Position numbers and translations under genes: made by a program. Of a stretch of 64,000 nucleotides of DNA, positions 25,513-33,723 are shown in pieces. Source of the DNA: a virus. Positions within the stretch are counted from its first letter, which is position 1. Each line of letters opens with the position of its first letter. The notes below the pieces were generated by a model, which saw only the letters and a program-made list of their open reading frames with translations, did no database searches and had not been told where the DNA came from. The stretch spans positions 32,001-96,000 of IMG/VR virus record IMGVR_UViG_3300036766_000678, one strand, 5' to 3'.

Positions 25513-26681
25513 TTATGGTTCTCCTCATATTTCATTTCCAAAAAAGGAATAAACAATAAACATAACAAGGTAGCTATACCTGAAACAACCACTAATCCAT
25601 TATAACCTAAATATTTAAATAAGGCTCCTCCAGCTAATTTGCTGCAAAAAGTTCCAAAATTTACAACACTACAAAGAAGTGCAAAAGTCGTAGCTTCAGT
25701 TCCATCTGGACAAGCTCTTGCCATGTAATCCAATAAAATTAATTGGATAAATGATCCACTTACACCAAACAATAGAGTGTACCATAAAACTGTGCTTCGT
25801 GTCAAGTACAAATATGCAAACGTACTAATTGCACTCAAGAGAGTTCCCCATATAAGCCATTTTTTGATATTTATACCTTTCGAAAATTTAAAATATAAGA
25901 GGGCCCCCATCAAACTGCATACGGCCCCAATTGTCTCCAGCCATCCAATCCAAATTTTACTGAAATGAAGTCCATTTCTCATTTTATCCATAAGAGGTGT
26001 TCCAATAGAAGGACTAAACCATAAACAGAATAAAAAAAGTGCTGATAGTAAGAACTGCCTTCTAGATAAAGCTTTTAACCAGCTTCCTAGGCCCAAGGAC
26101 GACTTTTTAGATTCGGCCTTGGGTTCAGGATACCTAAATGCAAAATAGCTTATTAGAAGAGGAAAAATAGCTATGATCAAATATGCTGTCTTATAATTAT
26201 AATGTTGGGCAATATATCCACCAGAAATTCCAGTTAAAATTTGAGCTGTGTAAAGGGCTCCCCATTGAATTGACTGGAATCTACCAGTTTCATTTAGTTC
26301 CTTTCCACGTTCAACCATAATTCCATCTATACAAACATCATCAAAAGCTCCTCCTAATGATTCAAGTACAATAAGACTCATAAGTAAAGGCAAGGAGAGA
26401 ATTGGAGAAATACCAATAAAAAATAAAATACCCACACTAATTATACAACTTAGAATTATATAGGATTTTCTTTTGTAAGAAAAAAGAGGAAACGAATCAC
26501 TAATCCAGCCATATACTGGCTTCACCATCCAAGGAAGTGTACTTAATGAACCAAGCCACATTATTGTGGGAACTGAAAGCCCAAGATTCTCACGAAGATA
26601 AAAATATAGGGGTTGTGAAGCCAAATTATTTATACCCTGATTAAAGTAAGTAAGTGCAAATAATATATAAAGAATATTCAT
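25509..26681 (-). CDS. BT1/FBT-family (folate-biopterin) MFS transporter
   Basis: LPWMVKPVYGWISDSFPLF.YKRKSY, DVCIDGIMVE, ARACPDGTEATTFALL; about 12 TM helices. Confidence 0.88.
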   Translation of the reverse strand: MNILYILFALTYFNQGINNLASQPLYFYLRENLGLSVPTIMWLGSLSTLPWMVKPVYGWISDSFPLFSYKRKSYIILSCIISVGILFFIGISPILSLPLLMSLIVLESLGGAFDDVCIDGIMVERGKELNETGRFQSIQWGALYTAQILTGISGGYIAQHYNYKTAYLIIAIFPLLISYFAFRYPEPKAESKKSSLGLGSWLKALSRRQFLLSALFLFCLWFSPSIGTPLMDKMRNGLHFSKIWIGWLETIGAVCSLMGALLYFKFSKGINIKKWLIWGTLLSAISTFAYLYLTRSTVLWYTLLFGVSGSFIQLILLDYMARACPDGTEATTFALLCSVVNFGTFCSKLAGGALFKYLGYNGLVVVSGIATLLCLLFIPFLEMKYEENHK

Positions 26682-27346
26682 TATAATTCTACCACAATAG
26701 GTTTGTAAACTACTTTATAACTTTCATTCAACACAGAAGCATTAACAAATTTGACTCCATCTATAACTTCCTCGCCGTGTGAGGAATGTATATGGCCCAT
26801 ACAATGCAAACGAAGGTCTTTCAATTGGTCTACTCGTTTCCTAAGTTCTTCACATCCCAAATGTTCAGGACCTAAATGCTTATGATAAGGTTCTTCTGTA
26901 TTAACATCTAAGATTCCAAATGGGGGGCCGTGTGTCACTAAAATTTGTGTATTTTCTGGAATTTTTGCCCACCATTTTTTTATCTCTGCACCACGTTGTT
27001 CATTGAAAGCCCACGAATTAAAAAACGGGGTCCTAGGGGACCCGTACCACCTATAACCCATAAACTCTAATGGTTCATCTTGAAGATAAATACAATTGGT
27101 CATGATAGATCTAGCTAATGTAGGATTTTTTTCGAATAAAAAATCATGATTACCACAGACGGTCACAACCTCAGAACATACCCCATCTTTTTTTAATTTC
27201 CCAAACCATTGATTAATTTCCCAAAGAGATTGAAAATCACCCGTATAAGAATAATCCCCCGCATGAATAAGAACATCACACTTTGGAATTTCTATACTTC
27301 GATGCTGGTTATGGCTGTCCGAAATACAAGCTATTTTAATCATCAA
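26681..27346 (-). CDS. metallophosphoesterase (MPPED/239FB-like)
   Basis: ISDSH, HAGD, GNHD, THGPP, GCEEL, GHIH. Confidence 0.9.
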   Translation of the reverse strand: MMIKIACISDSHNQHRSIEIPKCDVLIHAGDYSYTGDFQSLWEINQWFGKLKKDGVCSEVVTVCGNHDFLFEKNPTLARSIMTNCIYLQDEPLEFMGYRWYGSPRTPFFNSWAFNEQRGAEIKKWWAKIPENTQILVTHGPPFGILDVNTEEPYHKHLGPEHLGCEELRKRVDQLKDLRLHCMGHIHSSHGEEVIDGVKFVNASVLNESYKVVYKPIVVEL

Positions 27347-28730
27347 AGTTCATCTCACTTATATCTTTAACCGGAACTAATTTATACTTTGATTCTTTAG
27401 CATATACACTCATCCGACTATTTGCATGAGATTCTAAGTACTTTACATTATTATCAAATACATCAACAATAATTGCTTTATCTTTTCCATCTGAAAGCCG
27501 CAAAGTACGACCAATGGCTTGGTACGCTGCCACAGTGGAAGCTTCAGCCCTAGCGGTAATAAGGACCTCTAATTTTACAATATCTACCCCTTCACCCAGA
27601 ATATTAGAACTTATGATCAATTTTCTTGTGCCTTCCTTGAATTCCTGCAATACTTTTTTTCTTTTCTCTGGTTCTGTACTACCATGAATGAATACTGCTT
27701 CAGGATATACCTTCTCTAAAATTTTTAGAAGGTTTTCTCCATGTTCGATGTAATTGATCAAAATTAAAGTACTCTTATTTGCTTGTACTGCTTTCATTGC
27801 AATATCAACAACTAATTGGTTTCGTTCTACATTATTTGTTACTTCTGTATCGTAAATTTCAGAATAAGGCATTCCTTTTCGTGGTTTACGTTCATGCTTA
27901 AAATCATAAAGAAATATTGTAGGCGGGACAAGCCAACCATCTTGTATAAGTTTGGAAGCATCAATATCCCATTTTTTCTTTCCAGCAAAGCCATCAAGAA
28001 GAATCGACATATTATCTTCTCTCCAATCCGTTCCAGTCCAGAGATACCTATAGTAAGCATTAGGACAAGCCTGAGCAATTTCCCAATATGTCTCGCATGG
28101 GGCGTGATGCCCTTCATCCCCCATCAACACTTCAACTTTAGGTAAAAAATCTTTCAGTTCATGAGAAGATTGAATCATAGAAATTGTTATGGGTTTTATA
28201 TCAACAACCCCTGCTCCAACAGTTCCAATCGGTACTTGGAGAATTCGCTCTAATGTTTCTTTAATCTGCTGCATAATCTCTTGCCTATGAATCAAAATTA
28301 AAGTGGTGAGATTCAACTTACCCACCAAAGCAGCAATACAAACCGTTTTGCCCCCACCTGTTGAAATCCTAATAACTGCTCTTTGCTGTTCAACAGAATC
28401 ATTAACCACTTGTTCTTGATACGGTCTAAGAGTAACATTGTACAAAGGAAGAGCTAGTTGTTCTTTCGGTTTTATTCTCAAATCCACATATTCATATTCT
28501 ATTTTAAATTTCTCCAATACTTCTCTAACCAACCACACCATCCCAGTTGCAAACGCCAGTCCCTTTTTAGTAAAAAAATGCTTTCGACCATCCCAATAAG
28601 GGGTTCTTTGTCTAGCATAATAAGAACCTACTACTTCTGCTGAGAGTTTATTGTACAAAGCAGAAATAATTTTAGGATCAAGATCTCCTACAAGCTTAGA
28701 TTTAACGTTCTGGATTTCTATTTGAATCAT
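27336..28730 (-). CDS. SF2 helicase (UvsW/XPB-like)
   Basis: LRPYQ, STGGGKT, DEGHH, WTGT, LGEGVD, QAIGRTLR. Confidence 0.9.
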   Translation of the reverse strand: MIQIEIQNVKSKLVGDLDPKIISALYNKLSAEVVGSYYARQRTPYWDGRKHFFTKKGLAFATGMVWLVREVLEKFKIEYEYVDLRIKPKEQLALPLYNVTLRPYQEQVVNDSVEQQRAVIRISTGGGKTVCIAALVGKLNLTTLILIHRQEIMQQIKETLERILQVPIGTVGAGVVDIKPITISMIQSSHELKDFLPKVEVLMGDEGHHAPCETYWEIAQACPNAYYRYLWTGTDWREDNMSILLDGFAGKKKWDIDASKLIQDGWLVPPTIFLYDFKHERKPRKGMPYSEIYDTEVTNNVERNQLVVDIAMKAVQANKSTLILINYIEHGENLLKILEKVYPEAVFIHGSTEPEKRKKVLQEFKEGTRKLIISSNILGEGVDIVKLEVLITARAEASTVAAYQAIGRTLRLSDGKDKAIIVDVFDNNVKYLESHANSRMSVYAKESKYKLVPVKDISEMNFDD

Positions 28731-28956
28731 ATTTCCACTCTAAATATTCTAAATTATTCATCTGTTGCCAATAACACTCATTATTACACATGTAACAAAC
28801 AGGATATCTTTCTATGTGCTCCTGCCAAACTTCATGGCCAACATCTTCTAAAAATACATACCCACCACGATCAAATCCTTCTTCACCATGATCTTGATAT
28901 TCATGGCCACACTTGCATGGGTAATTACTTTGTTCATTCATAGAAATTTGGTACAC
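28702..28956 (-). CDS. small Cys/His-rich protein (likely start 28941), paralog of 287..493
   Basis: CKCGHEYQDH...CYMC...C...NNLEYLEWKY. Confidence 0.65.
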   Translation of the reverse strand: MYQISMNEQSNYPCKCGHEYQDHGEEGFDRGGYVFLEDVGHEVWQEHIERYPVCYMCNNECYWQQMNNLEYLEWKYDSNRNPER

Positions 28957-29040
28957 CCGCCTGGACTTGCACCAGGATCACGCCCTTATCTGGGGCTTGC
29001 AGTGTATAAAGCTGCTGTTTTTCTATTAAACTACGGGTGT
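28949..29040 (-). tRNA. tRNA with UAU anticodon (Ile/AUA), atypical long variable arm, encoded CCA
   Basis: ACACCCG/CGGGTGT-A-CCA acceptor; GTTT/AAAC D stem; GCAGC-TTTATAC-ACTGC anticodon arm; 22-nt variable region containing GCCC/GGGC; CCTGG-TGCAAGT-CCAGG T arm. Confidence 0.85.
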
Positions 29041-29041
29041 A

Positions 29042-30019
29042 CTAAATTCCCCTTTTCACAATATCACTATAAACATCATACACAAAATCTTCAGCCCATT
29101 GATAATCTGGCTCAGTCCTAAGTGTAGAAATCTTTTGAGCTTCTTCTAAGTCTTGTAGGCCCTTTTCAATGATAACTTCTACTTCTTTGTAAGGCATCTT
29201 ACCAGTTTTGATATCTAGAAGCAACTTTCTTTCTGGGCAAGGAAAAGTAATAAAACCCGTCAAAAGAAGTTCCTTTGCCTCAAAGTTGACACGTACAGCG
29301 TGACTACACGCCTTGAGATCTACATTTTGATTATTGGAAGCCTCAATAGATCTCTTACCATATGCCTCATAAGTTTTAGTAAGGGAATCTTTAACATTTT
29401 TCACTGTATTAGTTAAAGGAAATTTTCGAGTAATCACTTCAAAATGAGTTACTAATTTATCTTGAGGCCCCAAGATATCTTTATACTTAATATGCTCAAG
29501 GTTTTGATTAACAAAAGAATCCAATTCGGATTTGAATTCAATCAGCCTAGAATAATTATCAAATTTAGAAATAAATTCTAAAGCTTCTTTAACTGCCCTA
29601 ACACGAGATCCTTTAATTCCATATTTAGAACATTGTCTGAGAGCGTAATGGTAGAAGGCTGCAACATTCTTAGACAATAGTTTATCTCTATTCTCATAGA
29701 TCTTCGTAAAGATATTATATCTATCCCCTTTAAATATATGGAATGATTCTGGTGAGAATAAAATATCAAGTGCAACCGTTTGTCCCCCAGTTAATAGTTT
29801 TAGATATTCCTTCAAACTAAAGAATTCCTGATCAATATCATCTTTATTATTGCGTTCGAATTCCTGCTTCGGACGAGATGTACTAATATTGTGTTTCCCT
29901 GTTCCCAAAACAATCTGTCGTGCAGTTGGAAGATAGATACCTTTTATATCTAAATCGCTGTCTGGCGTGTTCGTACCATATAGCCAAGAACCAAATTTAA
30001 TCTCGATGATTTTGTTCAT
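29042..30019 (-). CDS. RlaP-like Pol-beta-superfamily nucleotidyltransferase
   Basis: KFGSWLYGTNTPDSDLDIKGIY, ALDILF, DLKACSHAVR, LLDIKTGK..TEPD. Confidence 0.85.
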   Translation of the reverse strand: MNKIIEIKFGSWLYGTNTPDSDLDIKGIYLPTARQIVLGTGKHNISTSRPKQEFERNNKDDIDQEFFSLKEYLKLLTGGQTVALDILFSPESFHIFKGDRYNIFTKIYENRDKLLSKNVAAFYHYALRQCSKYGIKGSRVRAVKEALEFISKFDNYSRLIEFKSELDSFVNQNLEHIKYKDILGPQDKLVTHFEVITRKFPLTNTVKNVKDSLTKTYEAYGKRSIEASNNQNVDLKACSHAVRVNFEAKELLLTGFITFPCPERKLLLDIKTGKMPYKEVEVIIEKGLQDLEEAQKISTLRTEPDYQWAEDFVYDVYSDIVKRGI

Positions 30020-30022
30020 ATT

Positions 30023-30193
30023 TTAATTATTTTTAAAATCTCGATTTTTTAATCCAGATTCCACAGCAACGCCGAATGACTTATGCACTAAACACATATT
30101 ATTCAACAATTCTCTTTCTGTCTTATTAATATGGGAATATTTTACTAATTGTCTAGCTTGTTCAATTGAACAGCACATCATGCAAATATTCAT
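30023..30193 (-). CDS. hypothetical protein (56 aa)
   Basis: Hand-translated MNICMMCCSIEQARQ...; ATGA overlap. Confidence 0.45.
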   Translation of the reverse strand: MNICMMCCSIEQARQLVKYSHINKTERELLNNMCLVHKSFGVAVESGLKNRDFKNN

Positions 30194-30828
30194 GCTACTT
30201 TTTCTTGTTTCTTGTCAAAAATAGCTTCAAGATACTCAAGGTTATTTCCCACCCTACTGATTAAGGCTGTCAATGAATTTATCTTTCTCTGTATAGATTT
30301 GAGATCTTCTATTTTGTCAATTTTTTGAAGCATCCTATTATAATCCTGATACTTACTGTAATCCTCATACCCCAATTTCCAATACCCACCTTTTTCTTTT
30401 GCAAGATCCAAAACTTCTTTATTTTTCCAATTCAAGAACGCAATAACATTCACTTTAATGTAGTTCTTTGCAGCAGCCATTCTTTTAATTCGGGCAAGAT
30501 AGTTCTCGTTATTGTTCAAAAGATCTTTCTCAACCACTTCCAGCTTGCCGACTATCTTATTAAACACTACAAGCTTCTTTGTACCATGATTAATATTCCC
30601 GCAAGGACAGTCACAATGTGGCCCAATCGCATTCGTGCATCTCGCGTCACAAATACTCTTTGTAATATCTTTAACAAGATTTTTCCGTTGCACCCTTCCC
30701 ATATAGCGAAGAGCTTTTTCACCACATAGAGGACAAGGTTGATCCAAAATAAATTGAATCTCTGTTCTTTCAGCTTCAAATGCTAATGGTCTTTCACAAT
30801 ATGAGCAGCGTCCATAGTGCCGTTCCAT
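30190..30828 (-). CDS. Cys-rich metal-binding hypothetical protein
   Basis: CSYC, CPLC, CDARCTNAIGPHCDCPCGNINHG. Confidence 0.6.
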   Translation of the reverse strand: MERHYGRCSYCERPLAFEAERTEIQFILDQPCPLCGEKALRYMGRVQRKNLVKDITKSICDARCTNAIGPHCDCPCGNINHGTKKLVVFNKIVGKLEVVEKDLLNNNENYLARIKRMAAAKNYIKVNVIAFLNWKNKEVLDLAKEKGGYWKLGYEDYSKYQDYNRMLQKIDKIEDLKSIQRKINSLTALISRVGNNLEYLEAIFDKKQEKVA

Positions 30829-30829
30829 A

Positions 30830-31078
30830 TTATTTACCTCTATAAGAATAACTTATAATTTCATCTTCATAAACCATTTCCACATCTTTATCCCAATAAA
30901 GATGAGTAACAAGAAACGAATTATAACCTGGGCTATTTTCTACAGGAATTTTTTTCTTGGCTTCTTTACGAGCAAAATCTCGTGCTTGTTTCTCTGTACG
31001 AAAATGCCCTACCTCTTTATCACAATCGTCATAAATTCTATATGGAACTTTTAAATCTTTTCGAGTGGCAAGTTTCAT
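30830..31078 (-). CDS. hypothetical (early) protein
   Basis: ORF track; GGAGG SD; consensus promoter upstream. Confidence 0.65.
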   Translation of the reverse strand: MKLATRKDLKVPYRIYDDCDKEVGHFRTEKQARDFARKEAKKKIPVENSPGYNSFLVTHLYWDKDVEMVYEDEIISYSYRGK

Positions 31079-31098
31079 TTTAATTACCTCCCTAATTA

Positions 31099-31127
31099 AT
31101 TATAACAGATTCTTACTTACTTGTCAA
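31099..31127 (-). promoter_or_regulatory. consensus sigma70 promoter
   Basis: TTGACA-17 nt-TATAAT with TG extension. Confidence 0.85.
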
Positions 31128-31136
31128 GGACTTTCT

Positions 31137-31409
31137 TTAGATAAGTGGTTTAATCTTTTTCATCCAACAAGTACTTCCAAATTCATAATAGGAACAAGAA
31201 CAATAATCAGCAGTAAAATCAGATTTCTGTGATTCATCCAAGCAAAAATAGACATTAACATTAGGTTCAGGTTGTCCACATAAATCACATTTGCTGAAGG
31301 CTACTATTCCAAATCTATTGGCATCTTCATCTACAATAAACATATCCAAGGATTTAGCTAATTTTAAATCCTTAAGAACTTTTTCAAGTGATATGTTCTG
31401 TTTCTTCAT
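31137..31409 (-). CDS. hypothetical Cys-containing (early) protein
   Basis: ORF track; CDLC and CSCS motifs. Confidence 0.6.
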   Translation of the reverse strand: MKKQNISLEKVLKDLKLAKSLDMFIVDEDANRFGIVAFSKCDLCGQPEPNVNVYFCLDESQKSDFTADYCSCSYYEFGSTCWMKKIKPLI

Positions 31410-31414
31410 ACTAA

Positions 31415-31443
31415 AGTATAACAGGAGAAGATAAGATTGTCAA
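31415..31443 (-). promoter_or_regulatory. sigma70 promoter, likely leaderless mRNA
   Basis: TTGACA-17 nt-TATACT; ATG 5 nt after the -10. Confidence 0.8.
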
Positions 31444-31471
31444 GGGGTATTTTAGATGTTAAGAGATGTTA

Positions 31472-31518
31472 ATAAAAAGAAAAGCCGTGATCAACCTTTG
31501 CGAGGTAAACCACGGCTT
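31472..31518 (-). terminator. Rho-independent terminator closing the late/lysis transcript
   Basis: AAGCCGTG..ACCT-CGCAA-AGGT..CACGGCTT followed by TTCTTTTT on the minus strand. Confidence 0.8.
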
Positions 31519-31545
31519 AATTAATATTGAGATTTTAAAAAGATC

Positions 31546-32064
31546 TTACTTCAATCCTGCTTTCTCTAATAACTTACCATACCACTCAGAAATTTCTACT
31601 AAATTACATTTATTATTTTTACTACTATTTGCTGACCGAGTTAAATATTGAAGATTCCAAATAACATTTAATCCTGACACAAAATCACCAAGCAAAGGTA
31701 TATAATGATCCACAGTTTTACTTTTGGGGCACTTTCTAACAAAAGTTTTTATACCTTTTTGACCAAATTTAGGAGTTCTCAGATTACGTTTTATCTCTCT
31801 TTTAGCATTAGATAATCTATGCACTTCAGGATGCTTTCTTCTATAGATTCTTTTATATGCCCTACATTCTTCTTTATGTGCATCTCTATAATCTTTTTCT
31901 AACTTAGCAAGTCTTTGTTTATTTTTTCGACGATATTCTTTTTGATATATTTTATAACATATCAAACAGGAACCATTGCCTGTTCTTCCACCAATACTAT
32001 AATAATGCCCTTTAGGGCAAACAACGTGTTTAAAACCTTTTGCTCTACCCGCCATATTTCTCAC
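31546..32064 (-). CDS. HNH homing endonuclease with one zinc-finger module
   Basis: CPKGH..GR..CLIC; VDHYIPLLGDFVSGLNVIWNLQYLTRSANSSKNN. Confidence 0.85.
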   Translation of the reverse strand: MRNMAGRAKGFKHVVCPKGHYYSIGGRTGNGSCLICYKIYQKEYRRKNKQRLAKLEKDYRDAHKEECRAYKRIYRRKHPEVHRLSNAKREIKRNLRTPKFGQKGIKTFVRKCPKSKTVDHYIPLLGDFVSGLNVIWNLQYLTRSANSSKNNKCNLVEISEWYGKLLEKAGLK

Positions 32065-32818
32065 CTTTTTTCAAAGTTAAAACTTCTGCTTTATCTTTCG
32101 TTATCAAAATCGTATGTTCCGCGTGGGCTGCCAAACCACCATTCAATGTAAAAGTCGCCCATTCATTATCTTTGAAATATACACCAGCATCTTTAAACAT
32201 AGTAAAAATAGGTTCGATGCAAATTGTCTCATTTTGAACTAACATAGATCCTTTAGTTTTTTGCGGGATATTAGGAATCTGCGGGGCTTCATGAATTACA
32301 TTAAAACCGATCCCATGCCCCACAAAAGGAATTACTACCCCATACCCATTCTTATCTGCTTCATCAAATATGGCTTGGCTTATATCTCCCACATAATTGC
32401 CTTCCACTGCCTTCTCAATACCCCGCCAAAGGGCCGCTTTTGTGGTTTCTACAAACTTTTCCACCTCTGGACGTATCGGAGGAACCAAAAGGGTTAAAGC
32501 CGAATCTGAACACCATCCTTGAAAGGATACAACTAAATCAAACTTAACCAGGTCCCCGTCTTTAATAGGTAAGTTTGTTGGAGGACAATGGACTACAAAA
32601 TTGTTTATTCCAAGACAAATTGAATGTTTATACCCGCGATAGCCAATCGTAGCGGGAATTGCATTATGATCTCTAATAAATTCCTCTGCTTTTTTATCAA
32701 GTTCTACCCCTGTAACCCCTGGTTGGCATAAAGAAGATAAGTAAGAAAGAGTATCAGCACAGATCTTTCCAGATTTTCTCATTAGCTCAAGATTGGAATC
32801 AGACTTTATCTTTATCAT
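32045..32818 (-). CDS. map: methionine aminopeptidase type I
   Basis: All five metal ligands present: KFDL, SDSA, GHGIG, IEP, AEHT; also HCPP and IHEAP. Confidence 0.93.
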   Translation of the reverse strand: MIKIKSDSNLELMRKSGKICADTLSYLSSLCQPGVTGVELDKKAEEFIRDHNAIPATIGYRGYKHSICLGINNFVVHCPPTNLPIKDGDLVKFDLVVSFQGWCSDSALTLLVPPIRPEVEKFVETTKAALWRGIEKAVEGNYVGDISQAIFDEADKNGYGVVIPFVGHGIGFNVIHEAPQIPNIPQKTKGSMLVQNETICIEPIFTMFKDAGVYFKDNEWATFTLNGGLAAHAEHTILITKDKAEVLTLKKGEKYGG

Positions 32819-33414
32819 TTTAGTTGTAAACGGAATTTCTGTATATCAAATAAGGCTGGGCATTCTTTGGAAGGTTCAAAATATGAATGGGGGTAAATAG
32901 ACGAGGGAGGGAGATGATAAATATGAAGAAGATATTTGCATAGTTTTGTAAGAGAAGCGTTTTGTTCTTCAGTAAAGGTACTTAAATTATCTCCCACTAG
33001 ATGGATAGACAGAGATACATTTACGAGTCGCTGCGCTTCAGAATAACGGATGAGGGAAGAAACATGCCATGCTCTATCACTATCTCTAACTAATTGAATA
33101 ATATTCCCTTCTCTAGTAATAAGATAATGGGTCGAAGTTTGACTCACTTCACTCCTAAACCATTCAAGAGCTTTTTCAGTATCAAGAGAGCCTGTATGAT
33201 GAAGAACAATACAAGAAATATTATGTTTTTTGCGGATACTAAAATTAGAAGTAGGTACAAATTGAACAGGCGGTTTTGATGGGGGGATAGATTTTGGAAG
33301 AGGAACAAGAGATTTGTAAAATGGGTTAAGCTTTCTCAATACTGACAAAAGCTTCATTTTGAATTTAAAAAAATATCTTTTCTTTGGTTGTCTTATCTCT
33401 ACTTGTACAGGCAT
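32815..33414 (-). CDS. N-acetylmuramoyl-L-alanine amidase (Amidase_2), probable endolysin
   Basis: IVLHHT, STHYLITREGNIIQLV..RAWH, YPHS..KECP zinc ligands. Confidence 0.85.
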   Translation of the reverse strand: MPVQVEIRQPKKRYFFKFKMKLLSVLRKLNPFYKSLVPLPKSIPPSKPPVQFVPTSNFSIRKKHNISCIVLHHTGSLDTEKALEWFRSEVSQTSTHYLITREGNIIQLVRDSDRAWHVSSLIRYSEAQRLVNVSLSIHLVGDNLSTFTEEQNASLTKLCKYLLHIYHLPPSSIYPHSYFEPSKECPALFDIQKFRLQLK

Positions 33415-33420
33415 AGGTAT

Positions 33421-33429
33421 ATTATATCA
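33421..33429 (-). promoter_or_regulatory. extended -10 promoter (TGaTATAAT), likely leaderless amidase mRNA
   Basis: TGATATAAT 6 nt before the ATG; no good -35. Confidence 0.55.
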
Positions 33430-33454
33430 GATTTTATAAGGAAATACTATCTTT

Positions 33455-33712
33455 TTAAAGGTCTACAGGGCCATTCAAATCATCAATCTCTTCTGCATTA
33501 GAATAAAAAGCTTTAAATGCACTTGCTTGAGCACAGGCTAGAGTTTTAACTTCATTTAAATCGGTAGAATTAGATAGAACACTACTTTCAATACAAATAT
33601 GGTTGCAAGGTGATGGTATAGTTTCCCCATCAAATGAAAAAGTAACATCATAATACTGAACAGACCCATCAGCATTTTTATAAACTATACAATTAACGAT
33701 TGAATCACTCAT
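33455..33712 (-). CDS. small protein downstream of tail fibre (possible assembly chaperone)
   Basis: ORF track; position. Confidence 0.45.
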   Translation of the reverse strand: MSDSIVNCIVYKNADGSVQYYDVTFSFDGETIPSPCNHICIESSVLSNSTDLNEVKTLACAQASAFKAFYSNAEEIDDLNGPVDL

Positions 33713-33723
33713 AATTTTTTCCT

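Noticed and set aside
28999-29015. Reading the tRNA as an ochre suppressor (UUA anticodon)
   Set aside because: That register destroys the anticodon stem; the D-stem and GCAG/CTGC pairing place UAU at 34-36
32815-33414. Amidase inactivated because SIGIE reads SLSIH
   Set aside because: Zinc ligands (H, H, C) are intact, and T7 lysozyme-type amidases also lack this Glu
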